From Candidatus Poribacteria bacterium (GTDB lineage: Bacteria; Poribacteria; WGA-4E; PCPOR2b): a DNA stretch of 64,000 nt. Below the pieces are notes generated by a model that saw only the letters and a list, made by a program, of their open reading frames with translations, was not told the origin of the DNA and did no database searches. Below, one piece after another: positions 10,515-20,305 of the stretch (its first letter is position 1; each line of letters starts with the position of its first letter). A program made the translations under genes and the position numbers. The stretch covers positions 576,001 to 640,000 of the forward strand of contig OZ242326.1 in NCBI GenBank assembly GCA_965208325.1, in the 5' to 3' direction.

Positions 10515-11552
10515 ATGAAGCTTAACGGTCTAGAATTCATAATTATTGGTGAAAATGTGCACACTACTCGTGTGGTGCGTCGAAAAGGGAAGCTCGTTAC
10601 GAATAACGCTGACGGTGTCGAATCCATTCGCTATCTAGATAGAAACAAAAAACGCCGGTATCTCGTCATCCCCGATAGCATCAGGAAAACTCAGGACTAC
10701 GAGGAAGGGCGCATTAAACACGTCAAGATCGCCATTCAGGCAGCCATGACCGAAAAAAATCCTCATGCCGGTGAAGGGCTCGAGTACCTGATGCGACTGG
10801 TGCAACGTCAGTTAGACGCCGGAGCCGATTACTTAGACTTGAATGTAGACGAGGTCTCATTGCATCTTGAGGAACAAAAGGATGCCATGAGATGGCTTGT
10901 GCAGGCCGTGCAGGAGATGTATTCTATTCCATTGTCGGTGGATTCATCCAATACGGAAATCATACAAGCGGGACTTGAGGCCGCTGATGGCAAAGTTGTC
11001 CAAACTATGCTAAATTCAGCAGCACCTGAACGCCTTGATACCCTAGATCTTGCGAAACAGTACCATACGAGGGTCATTGTTCAAGCAGCGAGCGTAAACG
11101 GTATGCCAGAAAACGCCGAAGAACGGGTGTCCAATGCCTCTTTCATGGTGGAAAAAGCCTTAGATAAAGGGATTGCGATTCATGATATTTTCATTGACCC
11201 CGTAATCTTTCCAATCTCAGTCGACAGCCAATACGGCAATCACTGCTTCGATGCGATACGGCAAATTCGCGAGAAATATGGTCCCAATCTCCATATTAGC
11301 GGCGGTTTCAGCAACGCCTCATTCGGTTTACCATGCCGCCGCCTCATTAACGATGTATTTATGATGTTAGCCATTGAAGCCGGTGCGGACAGTGGGATCA
11401 TTGATCCTGTCACGAGTGACCCTCGAAAGATTATGGCAATGGATCGACAGTCAAAGCCCTACAAACTCGCTGAAGATATGCTTCTGGGTAGGGACGAATA
11501 TTGCGCTAATTTTATAAAAGCATTTCGAAAAGGGGAATTGGAGCTCCGCTAA
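10515..11552 (+). CDS. pterin-binding methyltetrahydrofolate:corrinoid methyltransferase (AcsE/CmuB-like)
   Basis: IIIGEN, GADYLDLN, LSVDS, LNS, FIDP, GGFSNASFGLP.R..IN, IIDP. Confidence 0.9.
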   Translation: MKLNGLEFIIIGENVHTTRVVRRKGKLVTNNADGVESIRYLDRNKKRRYLVIPDSIRKTQDYEEGRIKHVKIAIQAAMTEKNPHAGEGLEYLMRLVQRQLDAGADYLDLNVDEVSLHLEEQKDAMRWLVQAVQEMYSIPLSVDSSNTEIIQAGLEAADGKVVQTMLNSAAPERLDTLDLAKQYHTRVIVQAASVNGMPENAEERVSNASFMVEKALDKGIAIHDIFIDPVIFPISVDSQYGNHCFDAIRQIREKYGPNLHISGGFSNASFGLPCRRLINDVFMMLAIEAGADSGIIDPVTSDPRKIMAMDRQSKPYKLAEDMLLGRDEYCANFIKAFRKGELELR

Positions 11553-11555
11553 ACC

Positions 11556-11834
11556 GTGGCTGAATATCAAATATTGTACTGGAAGGGCATTCCAGCCCAA
11601 GTGAGAGTTCTTGAGGGAAAGAAAACAATCTCGCGAGAGATGCCCGCTCGTTTCCAAGCTGACATCGATCGAATCGCAATGCAAGAAGGTTTGTACGGAA
11701 GTGACAATTATCTTGACCAATGGGAATGGACCGAGAAACGCCAGCGGATCGGCGATGCCAAACTAGTATTAGATTCGATCTTACGTGAACTCGAAACCGA
11801 TTACGACGATAAATTTAGAAAACCGAAAAAATAA
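11556..11834 (+). CDS. small 'Virulence factor' family protein typically found beside folate/corrinoid genes
   Basis: YWKGIPAQV...RFQADIDRIAM..G....YL..W motif. Confidence 0.8.
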   Translation: MAEYQILYWKGIPAQVRVLEGKKTISREMPARFQADIDRIAMQEGLYGSDNYLDQWEWTEKRQRIGDAKLVLDSILRELETDYDDKFRKPKK

Positions 11835-11842
11835 TTTCAATA

Positions 11843-12889
11843 ATGCCCAATTTCTCACCTGAGACACTTCGTCATATCGGGTACCAGCTTTTTGAAGCCG
11901 CGGGCTGTAAACCCGAAGATGCGCACGTTGTGGTTAATCACCTGATCGAATCCAATCTCTTTGGTCATGATTCTCACGGCGCTATTCGGTTTGGCGAATA
12001 CCTGCGCGCTATTCGAGAAGGTCGGTTCCAACCTCGTGAAACACCTGAGACTGTAAGCGAAAACCCATGTACCGCGGTCGTTGACGCCCGCGGCGCACTA
12101 GGGCAAATCGGCGCGTCCTATGCGATGAACTTGGCAATTGAAAAGGCTGGCCGCCACGGTGTTGGCACGGTGACCTTACGGAATACAAGCCATGTTGGGC
12201 GCGTGGGCGCCTATCCTTTAATGGCCGCTCAGACAGAGATGATTGGTCTTGCCTTTGTCAATGCGGGCCGGCTCGGTTACCAAATTGTTCCCTTTGGAGG
12301 CATTGATGGCCGCCTAAGTACCAACCCAATTGCATTTGCTGCCCCGCGCCGGGAAGCCCCGCCTATTTTTGTTGATATGACTACCTCGGTATCTGCCGAA
12401 GGTAAAATTCGGGTTGCTATCAACCAGGGAAAACAGGTTCCCGAGGGCTGGATCATTGATGCTCAAGGCAATCCCACCACGGATCCGAAAAATTTTAAAG
12501 GTCCTCCGCCCGGAGCCATCCTTCCACTAGGCGGAGTAGTAGCACACAAGGGCTACGGTTTGAGTATTGTTGTAGAACTCTTGGGCGGTGCCTTGAGCGG
12601 TCAAGGTTGTGCCGCTGGTGAACGTTCAATGGCAAGCAATGGTGTGCTATTTACCGTATACCACATTGAGCATTTCACCACTCTTGATGCTTTCTATAAC
12701 GAAGTGGAATTACTGCTTAATCACATCAAATCGAGCCGACTAGCCCCCGGGTTTGTGGAAATCTTAGCGCCTGGTGAACCTGAATTTCGTAACGCTCAAC
12801 GGAAAATGGTCGAAGGAATTGATATTGATGAGACAACTTGGAATAATATCTGCGAAGAAGCTCTCGCCTTCGGGATTAATCTAGAATAA
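11843..12889 (+). CDS. Ldh_2 family (malate/L-lactate/sulfolactate-type) oxidoreductase
   Basis: GHDSHG, HVGRVG, TNPIAF, DMTTS, HKGYGL, PGEPE. Confidence 0.92.
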   Translation: MPNFSPETLRHIGYQLFEAAGCKPEDAHVVVNHLIESNLFGHDSHGAIRFGEYLRAIREGRFQPRETPETVSENPCTAVVDARGALGQIGASYAMNLAIEKAGRHGVGTVTLRNTSHVGRVGAYPLMAAQTEMIGLAFVNAGRLGYQIVPFGGIDGRLSTNPIAFAAPRREAPPIFVDMTTSVSAEGKIRVAINQGKQVPEGWIIDAQGNPTTDPKNFKGPPPGAILPLGGVVAHKGYGLSIVVELLGGALSGQGCAAGERSMASNGVLFTVYHIEHFTTLDAFYNEVELLLNHIKSSRLAPGFVEILAPGEPEFRNAQRKMVEGIDIDETTWNNICEEALAFGINLE

Positions 12890-12941
12890 TGGTGTACCAA
12901 CGCAATGTAATTGTCGAAATTTTAAAATTAGAGCACTTCAA

Positions 12942-13943
12942 ATGAGGACGTTTCTTGAGAGGTTTGCCGACCCAAGCCCTATGATTTACGATGGCGGATT
13001 TGGCTCAGAACTGTTTGCCAGAAGGATTGAGCTGACGAATAGCGAACTTGCGAACGAACTGCATGCAGACGCGGTAATGAATATTCATTCTGATTATATT
13101 GAAGCAGGCGTTAATGCCCTAGCATCAAACACTTTTGTAGCTTCAAGGCTGCATCTTGAAATGGCAGGAATAGAGGGGCATGTGGCGGATAAAACCGCCC
13201 AGTTGGCGGTAGAACATGCCAAGGTAGCAGTTGAAAAAGGTGGCAAGGAAATATATATCGCAGGATCGTTTGGACCTTCGCCCGGCGCAATTGACGCCGA
13301 TAGCGGCGATATTGATTTTGGAATCCCGATCGCTGTTGTCAGGGATGTTTATGAAAGGCTAGCGAACGTTCTGGCAGATGGCGGCGTTGGCTTTTTCGGT
13401 ATAGAAAACATGTTTTCCGCGAGGGAAGCCGCAATAGCAGTCGATGCTACCAGAAAATACGGGCTTCCTATCGCCGTAAACTTGACATATAAGCGCACGA
13501 AGGACCGCGCTAGCGGCAACGTCGTTTACCGTACAGATTGGGGGCATTCGACGGCGAAATTAATAGGCATATTGTCAAGCGGGGAGTTCTCCAATGGTGA
13601 TAATCTGTTGGATTATGTCCACATATTAGGTCTAAATTGTGGTGCGGAAGTCAAGCATGAGCAACACACTGGGATGCCCTATGCGATAAATGGAATACAA
13701 CAGTTGAAAGAAGCATTGGCGATGAATAATGTTCAATCGAAACGGTTGATGGCTTATCCAAATGCAGGTATGGCACGCCTGGACCAGAATCAGCGTACAT
13801 ATAATTCGCAATCCGCATAAGAAATGGTGATTTTCTTACCAACACTTCTCCTAGCAGGTGCATACTTTGTCGGTGGATGCTGCGGCTCTGGATTTTCCCA
13901 CATTTAAGCCTTTCGTGAAATTATCTCCCCGATAAACAATTGA
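12942..13943 (+). pseudogene. homocysteine S-methyltransferase family gene with two in-frame TAA stops
   Basis: DGGFGSEL, H.DYIEAG, GLNC, YPNAG; TAA at 13818-20, then in frame EMVIFLPTLLLAGAYFVGGCCGSGFSHI, TAA at 13905-07, then AFREIISPINN-TGA. Confidence 0.8.
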
Positions 13944-13992
13944 CGTAATACCGCTCCAATCCAGATAGCCCCGCGGTACGTAGCAGTTTTAA

Positions 13993-14021
13993 TTGACAAA
14001 CTCCCAATAGAGTCGTATACT
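13993..14021 (+). promoter_or_regulatory. sigma70 promoter upstream of the FBP aldolase/phosphatase-like gene
   Basis: TTGACA-17 bp-TATACT. Confidence 0.65.
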
Positions 14022-14216
14022 AACTATTTATAAAAATGCTGTTGCCCGCCTTCTTTAGGCTTTTGTTTTTCCCGTCTTAATACATGTCTCTAGTGAAAAC
14101 TTGCCTAACTTCAGTATGTATAGTTTAGTCTAATAAGCGGCGATCCGAATTCATCCGCGGTTTTGAAAACGGTAAGATGTATAAGGGGCGGTGACAGCAA
14201 CTTTGGAGGTGAATGA

Positions 14217-16754
14217 ATGTCCGATTCCTTTGATGAATCTAGAGAAAATCGTCCACACGGACAATCTAATGTCACCATTGTTACTCTCGATTTGGGGCGT
14301 TGGATTCATGGTGAATTGCCCAACCAGATTGTAGAATTGGCACGCAATGAACTTCAAGGCGGACAATTAGAGAACCGGTTGCGTGGTGCGTGGGTACGAG
14401 GATTTGCGGGGGATTTGCATCTGCACATAACAACCTACAACGAAGATTTCATCGTAAACGGCGCGTATACGAATCATCCTATTGAGGCCGCGGTGCGAGC
14501 CGCTGTCAATGCGGGCCTCATTGCGCTGGAAGAAGCCGTTAAAATGCAACGCTGTACTGACGCGGCAAAGGAAGTCCTGACACTTGATACCGAACAGCAA
14601 GCCGAGGCGTTGCGGCCGTATTACCTAAACTTCCCCTTTACCGAGAGAGGCGCCGAACCCATATTTGCTGCGAAGGCTATCAACGGAAGCTGGGGATTCT
14701 TCAACCGCGCCGTTTTTAATCTGTTTTTCAACCCGGATAAAGGTTCCGGGAGGCGCATTGAGGGAAATGAATTTTTGGGTGTAGTTGAATCAATTGCGGA
14801 TCTCAAGAACGGCGTGGATAATGTACGAACCTATGAGTTTGGCCCTGGAAACCTTAACGAAATGGTCGCATTAATTGCCGACGCCGATGAATGGCGACTC
14901 AGCCGCGTATACGCAGTCCGCGGTAAGTTCGGTGAAAGTGAACTGCGTGGAGAACCCGCCCTTGTGGTCGAAGGTGCCAAAAACCCAGTTTTGGTAGGTC
15001 GCTCTCAGTCAGGTCTTCCCGCTGTCGGTGAATTCACTCAAGCCGTTGGAGAATTCTGCTTTGGACCAGGAGGCGGCGCAGGCAAATACCGGGTTGGACT
15101 CATGCCCGTTAATTTTGAAGAGGCACGCTGCAATTCAATTCCTCAAGGTACAGCGAAAATAGTCGCCTATGCCTATCAGTCCTACGACTACGGAAAGATT
15201 CCGAGTGATTCGGATGTGGTTGACGTTTTTGACCAAAACCGCCCTGAGACTAGGCGTTTACAGCGAGATGCAGCAGACCTAATCGGAAAAATGGTCAGTC
15301 ACGGGGAGTTTGAGCCTTACGTGAACCCAATGGCCGCAGAAGATACCGCCTCACGCGAGGCGCAACGTTTGGTGACACGCTTTGAATCAATTCCTGAAAC
15401 TTCTGACCTTTTGTTAGAAGCCGCAAACAAAAAGGCTATCTTCACACTATCTGATATTAAAGCCGACAGCGGCGGCAAAGTTGGACATACCACGCCCCCT
15501 CACATGTTCCGATATGTTGCGGAGGCTAGTCTGCAAGAAGGGAAAGAAGCAGGGCTAATCTTCGAATCGTCCGAAATCATTGAAGTTGGGGACGACGGAC
15601 ATCTGTTGATGAGTCATAACCGCGGGGCAGATAGCAATGAAATTCATCTTTTCGCTTACCGTACTTTTTTCCGGCAAGTGTGGGTAGCCGAGGTATTGGG
15701 ACAAAAGTGGTATGGTTTGGGGCAGGATTTGGTCGGAGAAACGACGGCTGGACATCCTACCGAAGAATTGGCAAACCTAAACGATGCTTTTCTCAAATTA
15801 TTGCCCAAATTCCTGCCTGCCGCGGAACGTGCACACATAGGTCAGCTTGAAAACGCGTATAGAGTGTGGAAGACTGGTGAAGGCAAAGGGCATAACGTAC
15901 TTCACGTTTTTTCAGGTAACATCTCAGGACAAGGTCCCGGCTTTGCGGAACTCCCGTTGTTTCGCCCTGGTAGAATTGGGCTGCTGGCGATTGACAAAAC
16001 AGGGCCCTCAGCCTTTAATTTGCCGATATGGTGGAGCTTAAATCAAGCATCAGCATCGGGCGCCCTCACTTCCTATCTCAACCAGACCGGGTCAGTAGGC
16101 TGCGTATTGGAAATTTGGGATGTGGAGCATCATCGTCGTATTTTCCTAGACTTCAAGAGTGAAGCAGAAATTGCGCAGCATTTACTTGGCGCGGTCGAAA
16201 GGTTTAACATCAAGCGAATTTGGAGCTGTCGAGCGAATAACTGGAACGCAGAAAGCCCATCGGACGGACTGGGTGAGGTGCTTTTGGCGGCCTCAACTGA
16301 GAAGCTCGCGGTCATTACCGGCGGAGAATACCGAGGGAAAGATGACCCTGTTTTGCTTGCAGTGGAGCCTTTGGCGGACGCGCTCAACCTATTCATGCGC
16401 GATTGCTTTTACATGACCCAGGGAGATGGCCGAGGTTCTCATTTCATGTTCCCGACGCCGCTGCCCTTCCAAGATGCTATAGCGACGGTCAACAGCCGCG
16501 CCGTGGCGGTGTCCGCTTGGGTTAGCATTAATCCTGACGGTCAGATCTGTGGGTTGCAGGACGTTTTTTCGGATGCAATCTACGAAAACGCACGGGATCG
16601 AGCTTACCGGTTAAATAAAGCAATCTGGGATGCTCAAGGCGGCAACTTTATTCCCGTCGGTGTAGGTTCAGCCAAGGTAGAACAATCATATCCTCTGGCA
16701 AAAATGCTGGACCGCATCACTGCCTCAAATTCCGAGTTTGCTTCCAAGCACTAG
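14217..16754 (+). CDS. tandem-domain fructose-1,6-bisphosphate aldolase/phosphatase (class V FBPase) homologue
   Basis: C-half IKADSGGKVGH, GDD, YGLGQDL, GNISGQGPG.AE, DKT.P.AFN, EYRGKDDPV, RGSH; N-half ERGAEP, RSQSGLPAVGE, LMPV, HGEFEP; GGAGGTG RBS. Confidence 0.8.
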   Translation: MSDSFDESRENRPHGQSNVTIVTLDLGRWIHGELPNQIVELARNELQGGQLENRLRGAWVRGFAGDLHLHITTYNEDFIVNGAYTNHPIEAAVRAAVNAGLIALEEAVKMQRCTDAAKEVLTLDTEQQAEALRPYYLNFPFTERGAEPIFAAKAINGSWGFFNRAVFNLFFNPDKGSGRRIEGNEFLGVVESIADLKNGVDNVRTYEFGPGNLNEMVALIADADEWRLSRVYAVRGKFGESELRGEPALVVEGAKNPVLVGRSQSGLPAVGEFTQAVGEFCFGPGGGAGKYRVGLMPVNFEEARCNSIPQGTAKIVAYAYQSYDYGKIPSDSDVVDVFDQNRPETRRLQRDAADLIGKMVSHGEFEPYVNPMAAEDTASREAQRLVTRFESIPETSDLLLEAANKKAIFTLSDIKADSGGKVGHTTPPHMFRYVAEASLQEGKEAGLIFESSEIIEVGDDGHLLMSHNRGADSNEIHLFAYRTFFRQVWVAEVLGQKWYGLGQDLVGETTAGHPTEELANLNDAFLKLLPKFLPAAERAHIGQLENAYRVWKTGEGKGHNVLHVFSGNISGQGPGFAELPLFRPGRIGLLAIDKTGPSAFNLPIWWSLNQASASGALTSYLNQTGSVGCVLEIWDVEHHRRIFLDFKSEAEIAQHLLGAVERFNIKRIWSCRANNWNAESPSDGLGEVLLAASTEKLAVITGGEYRGKDDPVLLAVEPLADALNLFMRDCFYMTQGDGRGSHFMFPTPLPFQDAIATVNSRAVAVSAWVSINPDGQICGLQDVFSDAIYENARDRAYRLNKAIWDAQGGNFIPVGVGSAKVEQSYPLAKMLDRITASNSEFASKH

Positions 16755-17134
16755 CACGAGTTTCAGGAAAGAAAAAACAACTCGAAACTACCAGCCCACG
16801 CCCCTTTGGTTTTAACCCTGCCAAGTTTGCACAAACTGCGAATTCAAAAACGTTAACTGTGTAGCAAAGACATTCATTGCAAAGGGTTTTGGAATAGAAT
16901 GATTGTGCGTGCTGACCTACCAATGGAGGACGTTTTAAATAGATATGGTATTGTGAAACCAAATCTATACGCCGCACAGTTTCGCATTGGGTTTACAAAT
17001 CTCTTCAACTCCAAATGTGAATATGCCGTGTTGGAATAGCGTTTGAAACATTGCTGACCAAACCCATGCTAACTGATGCATGTTCCACGCAAGCGTTGTC
17101 CTTCGGGGACAGAAAAAATATTTGAACAAAATTA

Positions 17135-17177
17135 TTGACAAAGCGAAAGTCGTCTGTTATACTTAACGGCGTTAAGT
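17135..17177 (+). promoter_or_regulatory. sigma70 promoter with overlapping palindromic TetR-type operator
   Basis: TTGACA(17135-40)-17 bp-TATACT(17158-63); perfect inverted repeat ACTTAACG-G-CGTTAAGT (17161-17177). Confidence 0.75.
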
Positions 17178-17206
17178 TAAATTACGATGTAAATTATGGT
17201 TATGTA

Positions 17207-17812
17207 ATGGGCGTTAAAGAACGCAGAACAAGGGAAAAAGAGCAGTTACGGCGTCAGATTCTTGCTGCCGCGCGAGAGTTGTTCGTCAATGAAGGCTACG
17301 AAAACGTCTCTATGCGAAAGATTGCCGATAAGATTGAGTATTCGCCGACGATGATTTACCTCTACTTCAATGGCAAAGCAGATCTTTTGGATTCCGTTTG
17401 CCAAGAAACCCTCCTGAACCTATTGAATACCCTTGAGCTGCTGAAAAGAGATAAAAGCGACCCCATTGAGAACCTGAGAAAAAGTGGTAAAGCCTATGTC
17501 GAATTCGGTTTAAAGTACCCGCAAGATTACAAGCTGACATTTGTCGTCCGTCCTCAATACCAGGAGGGTTTAGGTCTGCCAGAAGGATCGGTTGGCGAAA
17601 GAGTGTTTAATTACCTGAGTGCAATGGTCTCCGAATGTGTTCGACAGAAGACCTTCCGCCAAGTGGATGTCGAAATCACCGGACAAGCGCTGTGGTCAGC
17701 AGTTCACGGAGTTACCATGCTCCTGATTGATTTCCCCGATTTCCCTTGGGCAGCGAAAGATAAATTGATTGATACGGTGATACACACGATGATCAGAGGT
17801 TTGAAGGCGTAG
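17207..17812 (+). CDS. TetR/AcrR family regulator (WHG-like C-terminus)
   Basis: ILAAARELF...GYENVSMRKIA..IEYSPT.IYLYF HTH; WSAVHG. Confidence 0.93.
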   Translation: MGVKERRTREKEQLRRQILAAARELFVNEGYENVSMRKIADKIEYSPTMIYLYFNGKADLLDSVCQETLLNLLNTLELLKRDKSDPIENLRKSGKAYVEFGLKYPQDYKLTFVVRPQYQEGLGLPEGSVGERVFNYLSAMVSECVRQKTFRQVDVEITGQALWSAVHGVTMLLIDFPDFPWAAKDKLIDTVIHTMIRGLKA

Positions 17813-17892
17813 AATTTGAATTATTGGGCGAGGTTTAATATATTTTTTTGGCACTCTGTTAACACTGTTAATTTAATTATCTATGTTAATAG

Positions 17893-19581
17893 ATGAAAAA
17901 TACCGAAAGGAAAACAAAAATTAATAAGTATATCCAATCCTACAAACACTGTCTTTATGCAATTCTTATCTCGCCAAGCAATCAGGCGGACCGCTACCGA
18001 CGAAGTCTGCTTTCCATAGTGGTTCTTGGAGGGTTCTTATCGGGCTGCACGCCACTGTTCGGCAAAGAGGTTAATCCGATACCCCTTGCCTCCGAGGAAT
18101 TTTCTCTCAAGCATTACGAAATCGTCATTGGCACAGCAAAACACCAAACCGTTTTGACAGGATTTCTTCTTGGCGGTATTACCGCGGAACTTGTGGTGGT
18201 GAGCATCGACACGGCGCATAATCGTCGGTTATTCCTGTACAAATTTGACAACGAAAGTTGGGCGATAACGCTCGACGCATCGCTGCGACCGGAAGTGCTG
18301 TTCGTCGACGTGGTTAACATCAAGGGACGCGACCGATTGATTACTTATGAGCACGGTCGCATTAATTGGTTCGAGCCCGAAACATCAATCGAGCACTTGC
18401 TGGTTGAGGTTAGTGCGAAAATCCCGCCTCCCAAAATTGAAGTCCCGCATGTTGATATTACGCGGGACCTCAACGGTGATGATCGAGACGATATAGTCCT
18501 GCCGGATGCCGACGGCTTCTGGGTGTTTATCCAGTTGAACGATGGTGCATTCGCCGATCCGGTAAAGATTGGTCCCTCGTTTAAGATGGATGAAATTTAC
18601 ACGGGCGACGGGTACCGGTTCATCCCGTGGAATGAAAGTCGCGTCCACGAGGTGGACTATAACCGAGATGGGCGCATTGACCTCGTCTTCTGGCGTGATG
18701 ACCACTTTGTAGTTCATCATCAAGATGAGAATGGGCTGTTTTCTCCAGATACGGAGACCTTCTGTACGGAGGTGGGATTCGATTCGGACGACCTTTCATC
18801 GCTTGTCGCGCCCGAGGGGGTGCGTGGCAGGCGTTTTGATCACGGTGCCCCTGGAGTCATGACGGGAAGAGTGTTGCACGAATTGACCGATATGAACCAT
18901 GACGGTGTCGCCGACCTGGCAGTATTTTCTTTGCAGGCGGGGAATGGCCGCCTATTCGGTCAGACATCCAAGTTGTGGGGTATGCGCTCAACTTACGAGG
19001 TGCACTTTGGGGTGCCGGCCCCGGGCGCAACTGAATTCGGATTAGAGGTTGACACCATGATTCGGGCAGACGGAATCCCGTTCGAGATAGCTGCGCGCGA
19101 CTTCGACCACGATGGTCATGTCGATGTGATGTTCACGGTCATTAATCCGGGTATCTTCAAAATCATCGGTATGTTGGTAAGGGGGATGGCCACGGATTCC
19201 ACGTTGCTAGATCTTAATCTCTACCGCTTGAAAGACAACTCGTACTCCGACAAGCCCAACACTACTCGCAAAATCAAAGCGTATACTCCCGGTGATTCAG
19301 GGGAGAAAGCCATGCACTTTCCGTCGTTGCTCTGTGGGGACGTATCCGGCGACGGACACTCGGACCTTTTGGTACAGAATGGACGGAAAGAACTGTACGT
19401 CTTCATCGGCGAGCGCGGCCCAAATATGTTCGTTCGGAAGCCTAAAAAGCTAGCAGTCAACATGCCGTACGAGGAATACACCCAGTTGATAGATCTTAAC
19501 GGCGACGGCTTGTATGATGTCCTCATGCATCACCCGTCTTTCGCAGAACCGCATCGGGTGACGATGCTTATTGCTCAATGA
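17893..19581 (+). CDS. FG-GAP/VCBS repeat protein, probably exported or a lipoprotein
   Basis: Repeats DLNGDDRDDI, DYNRDGRIDL, DMNHDGVADL, DFDHDGHVDV, DVSGDGHSDL, DLNGDGLYDV; hydrophobic stretch ending LSGC. Confidence 0.85.
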   Translation: MKNTERKTKINKYIQSYKHCLYAILISPSNQADRYRRSLLSIVVLGGFLSGCTPLFGKEVNPIPLASEEFSLKHYEIVIGTAKHQTVLTGFLLGGITAELVVVSIDTAHNRRLFLYKFDNESWAITLDASLRPEVLFVDVVNIKGRDRLITYEHGRINWFEPETSIEHLLVEVSAKIPPPKIEVPHVDITRDLNGDDRDDIVLPDADGFWVFIQLNDGAFADPVKIGPSFKMDEIYTGDGYRFIPWNESRVHEVDYNRDGRIDLVFWRDDHFVVHHQDENGLFSPDTETFCTEVGFDSDDLSSLVAPEGVRGRRFDHGAPGVMTGRVLHELTDMNHDGVADLAVFSLQAGNGRLFGQTSKLWGMRSTYEVHFGVPAPGATEFGLEVDTMIRADGIPFEIAARDFDHDGHVDVMFTVINPGIFKIIGMLVRGMATDSTLLDLNLYRLKDNSYSDKPNTTRKIKAYTPGDSGEKAMHFPSLLCGDVSGDGHSDLLVQNGRKELYVFIGERGPNMFVRKPKKLAVNMPYEEYTQLIDLNGDGLYDVLMHHPSFAEPHRVTMLIAQ

Positions 19582-19619
19582 CTAAAACAACTAAAATAGA
19601 TTGATAGGAGGAATTTACT

Positions 19620-20186
19620 ATGGGATTCACAGCGAAACACGATTCAACCCGAAATTCAGCGGCAATATTAATCGCAACATTAGCTTGTGTATGTTTGGCT
19701 TTAATTTTCAGTTTTTCGACGCAAGCACACGCATCTGATCTCACCAAAAATTTTGGTATCGGACTTCAGGGAGCCACACCTGCATTTGGCGGAATTAGTT
19801 TTCGCTACAACGCGCTTGCCCCCGTCTATCTTCAAACCGTTGGACGTTTTATTCTCAATAATCAGGACAGCGACCATATGTTAGGCGCTGGCGTTTCTTA
19901 TGCCATTTTTGAGCATAAAGGCAGGCGGAACTTAGCCCGGCTGTATTTTAGTTTAGAAGGTGGCTGGCGGTATGAAGAAGAGCAGAAGCACGGCGGCTCA
20001 ATGGTGGAAACCACAACACTAGCAGCAGGAATCGCTTTTGGAGGTGAACTGGTGTTTTCATTTGGAGGGATTCCACTCGGCTTAAACGCGGAAGTAGGTC
20101 AAGGGTTTGGCAGGGAAAAAGACACTTCTCAATCCAACGGTATTGCCGGCGTTTACGTAGGAACGGGAATACATGCCTATTTTTGA
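19620..20186 (+). CDS. small outer-membrane beta-barrel protein
   Basis: Signal peptide ending AHA, alternating hydrophobic/Gly strands, C-terminal GIHAYF; AGGAGG RBS. Confidence 0.7.
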   Translation: MGFTAKHDSTRNSAAILIATLACVCLALIFSFSTQAHASDLTKNFGIGLQGATPAFGGISFRYNALAPVYLQTVGRFILNNQDSDHMLGAGVSYAIFEHKGRRNLARLYFSLEGGWRYEEEQKHGGSMVETTTLAAGIAFGGELVFSFGGIPLGLNAEVGQGFGREKDTSQSNGIAGVYVGTGIHAYF

Positions 20187-20305
20187 ATCTCAATAGGCAT
20201 TACGCAGTTGATCGCTTAGTAGCCTCGTGTTGTTAATTTAAACCTCGTAATAAGTGGTTTTTTGGCGGACGCAACCCATGCCATCACCAATTCCGGACAC
20301 ATATG

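Noticed and set aside
13818..13907. Sec/Pyl read-through of the methyltransferase stops
   Set aside because: Both stops are TAA, not TGA or TAG, and other genes in the window use TAA as a normal stop
17135..17206. ORF-track N-terminal extension of TetR from TTG 17135
   Set aside because: That TTG is the -35 box of the promoter; the ATG at 17207 fits the family N-terminus
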